Shown: in pieces, positions 61,087 through 64,000 of the stretch
Layout of the letters: every line of letters starts with the position of its first letter
How positions within the stretch are numbered: position 1 is the first letter of the stretch
Assembly: GCA_965287045.1 (NCBI GenBank)
Contig: OZ336874.1
Span: forward strand, 71,858,001-71,922,000
Direction of reading: 5' to 3'
From: Carcharhinus amblyrhynchos
Taxonomy: Eukaryota
DNA: 64,000 nt
The notes under the pieces: model-generated
Database searches by the model: none
Told to the model about the DNA's origin: nothing
Seen by the model: only the letters and a program-made list of their open reading frames with translations
Made by a program: the position numbers and the translations under genes

Positions 61087-62200
61087 TAACTATCCTCCTT
61101 GCGAGAACTTGTAGCTCTTAGGACTTCACAACAATGCCTGCCTCTTCTGGCCAGAATAAATAGCCTCATCACCAACAGGGCTTCCAGGACTTCATCACCC
61201 TCCTCCACTTGTTCCTCATCGGAGGAGACATCTCCACCATCTCCTCATCATCCAAGGCGTCCCTCCTTTGCATCGTCAGGTTGTACAGTGCGCAACAAGC
61301 CAGCCTCAGTGAGGCATGGCACTCTCTGAGGAGTGTACGGCAGAGCTCCACCAGATCTGTCAATGTACTAAAAATTCATTTTCAGGATCAAAGTGGTGTG
61401 CTCCACTAAAGTTGATTACGGCATGAACTCTGTTATACCTTTTCTCAGCTGGAGTCTCAGGCCACTGCACAGGCAATATCAGCCACATCCTCCATAGGTG
61501 GCCCTTGTCCTGAGGATCCAGTGCTTAAACTTCTGTGGATCCTGGAAAATATCAGAGATCTGAGATCTGCTGAGGATGTATGAGTCATGGATGCTGCCAC
61601 AATATTGTGCACAGACCTGGATGATCTCATTATTACAGTCGCAGACCAGCTAAAGGTTTTGTGAGAGGAAGCCCATGTGGTTCACACACTTGACTGATGG
61701 TTGCCACAGCGATCCTAGAGCCATGTGAGTGCAGTTGATGGCACCCTGCACCTGTGGAAAATCCCAACGAATCTCAGTTCTCTTGCTACAGGCTCAGCTG
61801 GTCTCGAATCAAAATTGACAAAAGTTGTATTTCTCAGTGAAGATATTGTCCGTGATCACCTGGATACATTTGTGGGTGAAGGTTTGAGAGATCCTGCACA
61901 GATCACCAAAGGTGTTCTAGAAGGAACCATTGATGTAGAAATTGAGCATTGCAGTCATTTTCAATGCCATGGGTAGTGGATGACCCCCAAGTCCCTGAAG
62001 CACCAAATCCTGCAGAAGGTGGCATACGTGAGTAACCAATTCACTTGCAGTTCGAGTAAGTGCCACTTATATAGCCTGGATTTTGCAAGGTGCCTACAAA
62101 TGACAGCCCTTTGTAGATCTTCCTCTATGTGCAGAGGAAGTCCAGCTGCCGCTTGCTCTTGAGGATTCTGCTCCACATTTGGGCACTACCAATGTGCCAG
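61087..62200 (-). pseudogene. Harbinger (HARBI1-like) DDE transposase, disrupted
   Basis: Minus strand gives LPMALKMTAMLNFY..GDLCRISQ, FPQVQGAINCTHMAL, NL*LVCD, YCGSIHDSYIL, WIL/DKG..WLILPV..PETPAEKRYNRVH, DRSGGALPY, ACCALYNL and an acidic tail. Several stops and frameshifts; the first catalytic D is replaced by N. Confidence 0.92.
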
Positions 62201-62849
62201 TTGGGCAGGACTATCTGTGTGCCAGGAGCAGTGTCAGGGTGTGAGGCCTGGTGGGGGCCATGGTGGCAGGTGAGGGGGGAGTGCGCTATGTGTAAGGGCT
62301 AGTGTAGAGGCGGATTGTAGAGGTGTCCTTACAGGAGGGCACGTCGAGGGAGCCCTGATGCAAACAATCTGTGTCTTGGAGGGGGCGGGTTGGTGGTCAC
62401 CCACTCCACTGTGAGATCAGTTTCACTCTTGCATAATGGCACCCAAGCTCTTTGCAGTCACCTCCCCTCCCCTCACTACCAGCACACAACTCACCACTCT
62501 CCGAAAAAATGACTTGTGTGACAAAAGATTGCGAAGCGGAACACATGCGAGAGATCAGCGCATTTCACCCCATTTTTCTCGCCATCATGACTCTCTGAAA
62601 TCTTTCACGAAAATTCTGCCCATTGTTTTCAACGAATGTTTTTTGTTCAATGCACACGTAACCCTCCTCTTCTGAAGCCGATGATCCTTGCTATGACAGC
62701 TGTCTGCGTATTATGGGTGCTGTCCTGACCCAAAGGCACATTGCTCATTATGGTGACCATTGCTAAGCACTTTTGGCAATGGGGAGAGGAGAGAGATTTG
62801 AGTGCATTGTGGGGACACATCACAGGAGAAACTGAAGCTATCCCCAACT

Positions 62850-62940
62850 GATTCTCCACAGATGCTGTCAGACCTGCTGAGATTTTCCAGTGTTTTCTGT
62901 TTTTGTTTGATGCCAGCATCCGCAGTAATTTGCCTTTATT
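62850..62940 (+). mobile_element. Penelope-like family B tail
   Basis: TCTCCACAGATGCTGTCAGACCTGCTGAGATTTTCCAGTGTTTTCTGTTTTTG..CCAGCATCCGCAGTAATTTGC. Confidence 0.75.
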
Positions 62941-63291
62941 ATACTGATACCCATGTGCGTTGACTCCTAACAGGGCTTGCTGGCTCCCAAGCAGGAGCAG
63001 GAGCCCCAGTAAAGATCAGGGATCAAATCTGAGCTCATTTCTGTTCAGTATTGCTCAGCTACTCACTGACTAAACGTAGCAATTGGGAAACCAATTTGCT
63101 TCCTCTTTATGAATAATCCATTGACCAAAATCTTTTCCAATGTATTTGTAATAGTTGTATTATTATGTGGTGAAGCATTTCAAATTGAATGATTTGCTCC
63201 TCCTGGTTTGCTGTCTGTTTTTTGCGATAAGATTCTGAAGTCTGTGGTTGAAGCCTGAAATGAACATGTATATTCTGTGTTCTATTTATAG

Positions 63292-63352
63292 AGACCATAT
63301 TTACACGATTGAAATGGATACATCCTTCACCGAGCAGATTAATTTTAACAAA
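63292..63352 (+). CDS. SEMA6A: Semaphorin-6A, third coding exon; gene continues beyond the window
   Basis: (R)DHIYTIEMDTSFTEQINFNK (recalled human: DHIYTVDIDTSHTEEIYCSK). Acceptor TTCTATTTATAG|, donor |GTAAGT, 61 nt, completes the phase-2 codon AG+A. Confidence 0.95.
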
Positions 63353-63734
63353 GTAAGTAGCATGTGTTTTCTTTGTTTCTGTAACTATGCTGTTTCAGTT
63401 TAAACATGAAGCCCCATATGCAGAACCCAGATAAGACTTGACTACTGTGAGTTAAAACAACTGGCAGGAAAGTAAGGGCTAGACGGAGACAGCTAAAAGC
63501 TTTGGTATAAGCAAGGCTTAAATGAATCCTGACTTTAAATTTCAAAGTACCATTCCCATTAACTGCCATTATGGAAAGGTTCTATTCAAGGGAGCACATT
63601 TTGTGGAACAAACGAACTATATATTTGCAAATAAATGTCTCACTTGGACTAGTGCTGTATTATAATGCTAAATAGTTTGTTTATACGGCACAGGTCTACA
63701 TACTTCAAAGATTATTTAATCAGTTAAGTAAATC

Positions 63735-63930
63735 TTTGATTTGATTTATTATTGTCACATGTATTCACGTGGAGTTAAAAGTATTGATTCTTGCGCACTA
63801 TACAGACAAAACATACTGTTCATAGAGAAGGAAACAAGAGAGTGCAGAATGTAGTGTTACAGTCATAGCTGGGGTGTAGAAAAAGATCAACTTAATTCAA
63901 GGTAAGTCCATTCAAAAGTCTGACAGCAAC
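63735..63930 (-). mobile_element. 3' tail of a non-LTR retroelement ending (TCAAA)n
   Basis: Longer copy of 50812-50960. Confidence 0.8.
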
Positions 63931-64000
63931 AGGGGTGAATATGATGCTGTGTATTCTGTAGTGATAGTCAATAAGATGTGTAAGATGCTACCTGGTTCTA

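Larger units (their letters stand above)
59110..62621. mobile_element. PIF/Harbinger DNA transposon, decayed, two convergent genes, in SEMA6A intron
   Basis: Myb/SANT-like gene on + and DDE transposase on -. Imperfect TIRs GGCTGGGTTTTCTGTGAAA (59111) and TTTCACGAAAATTCTGCCC (62603-62621). The left end and TSD are uncertain. Confidence 0.85.

Noticed and set aside
61087-62200. Domesticated host HARBI1 gene
   Set aside because: Multiple stops and frameshifts, a catalytic D to N change, a paired Myb gene and TIRs indicate a dead transposon copy.
55314-63352. Assignment to SEMA6B, 6C or 6D
   Set aside because: The MxSEALLLYF..GAGFPEDSEPISI.HGNYTKQYPVF.GHKPGRN N-terminus is characteristic of SEMA6A.

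Overview
Vertebrate genomic DNA, almost certainly from an elasmobranch (shark), inferred from multiple HE1-type V-SINEs, SacSINE1-like DeuSINEs and HER1/CR1 LINEs. The only host gene is the 5' part of semaphorin-6A (SEMA6A) on the + strand. It has a CpG-rich promoter and a probable non-coding exon 1 (~17.7 kb-18173), a ~37 kb first intron, and three coding exons (55314-55413, 55749-55866, 63292-63352) that splice in frame. The rest is mostly transposon-derived: a 2.7 kb 5'-truncated CR1, other CR1 fragments, a decayed two-gene PIF/Harbinger transposon in intron 3 with related MITEs, and several SINE families. Three observations stand out. (1) Two families of short Penelope-like repeats carry minimal hammerhead ribozymes whose stems covary between copies, and one core is intact at 15372-15406. 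(2) A CR1/Zenon-like LINE (26.6-30.6 kb) appears to have a tRNA-derived SINE head as its own 5' end and no ORF1; the same head plus the LINE's tail make up a free SINE elsewhere in the window. (3) A 63-codon uORF is closed only by splicing across the 37 kb intron. Almost all ORFs in the supplied track are spurious. Repeat family names are from recall, not from a database search.
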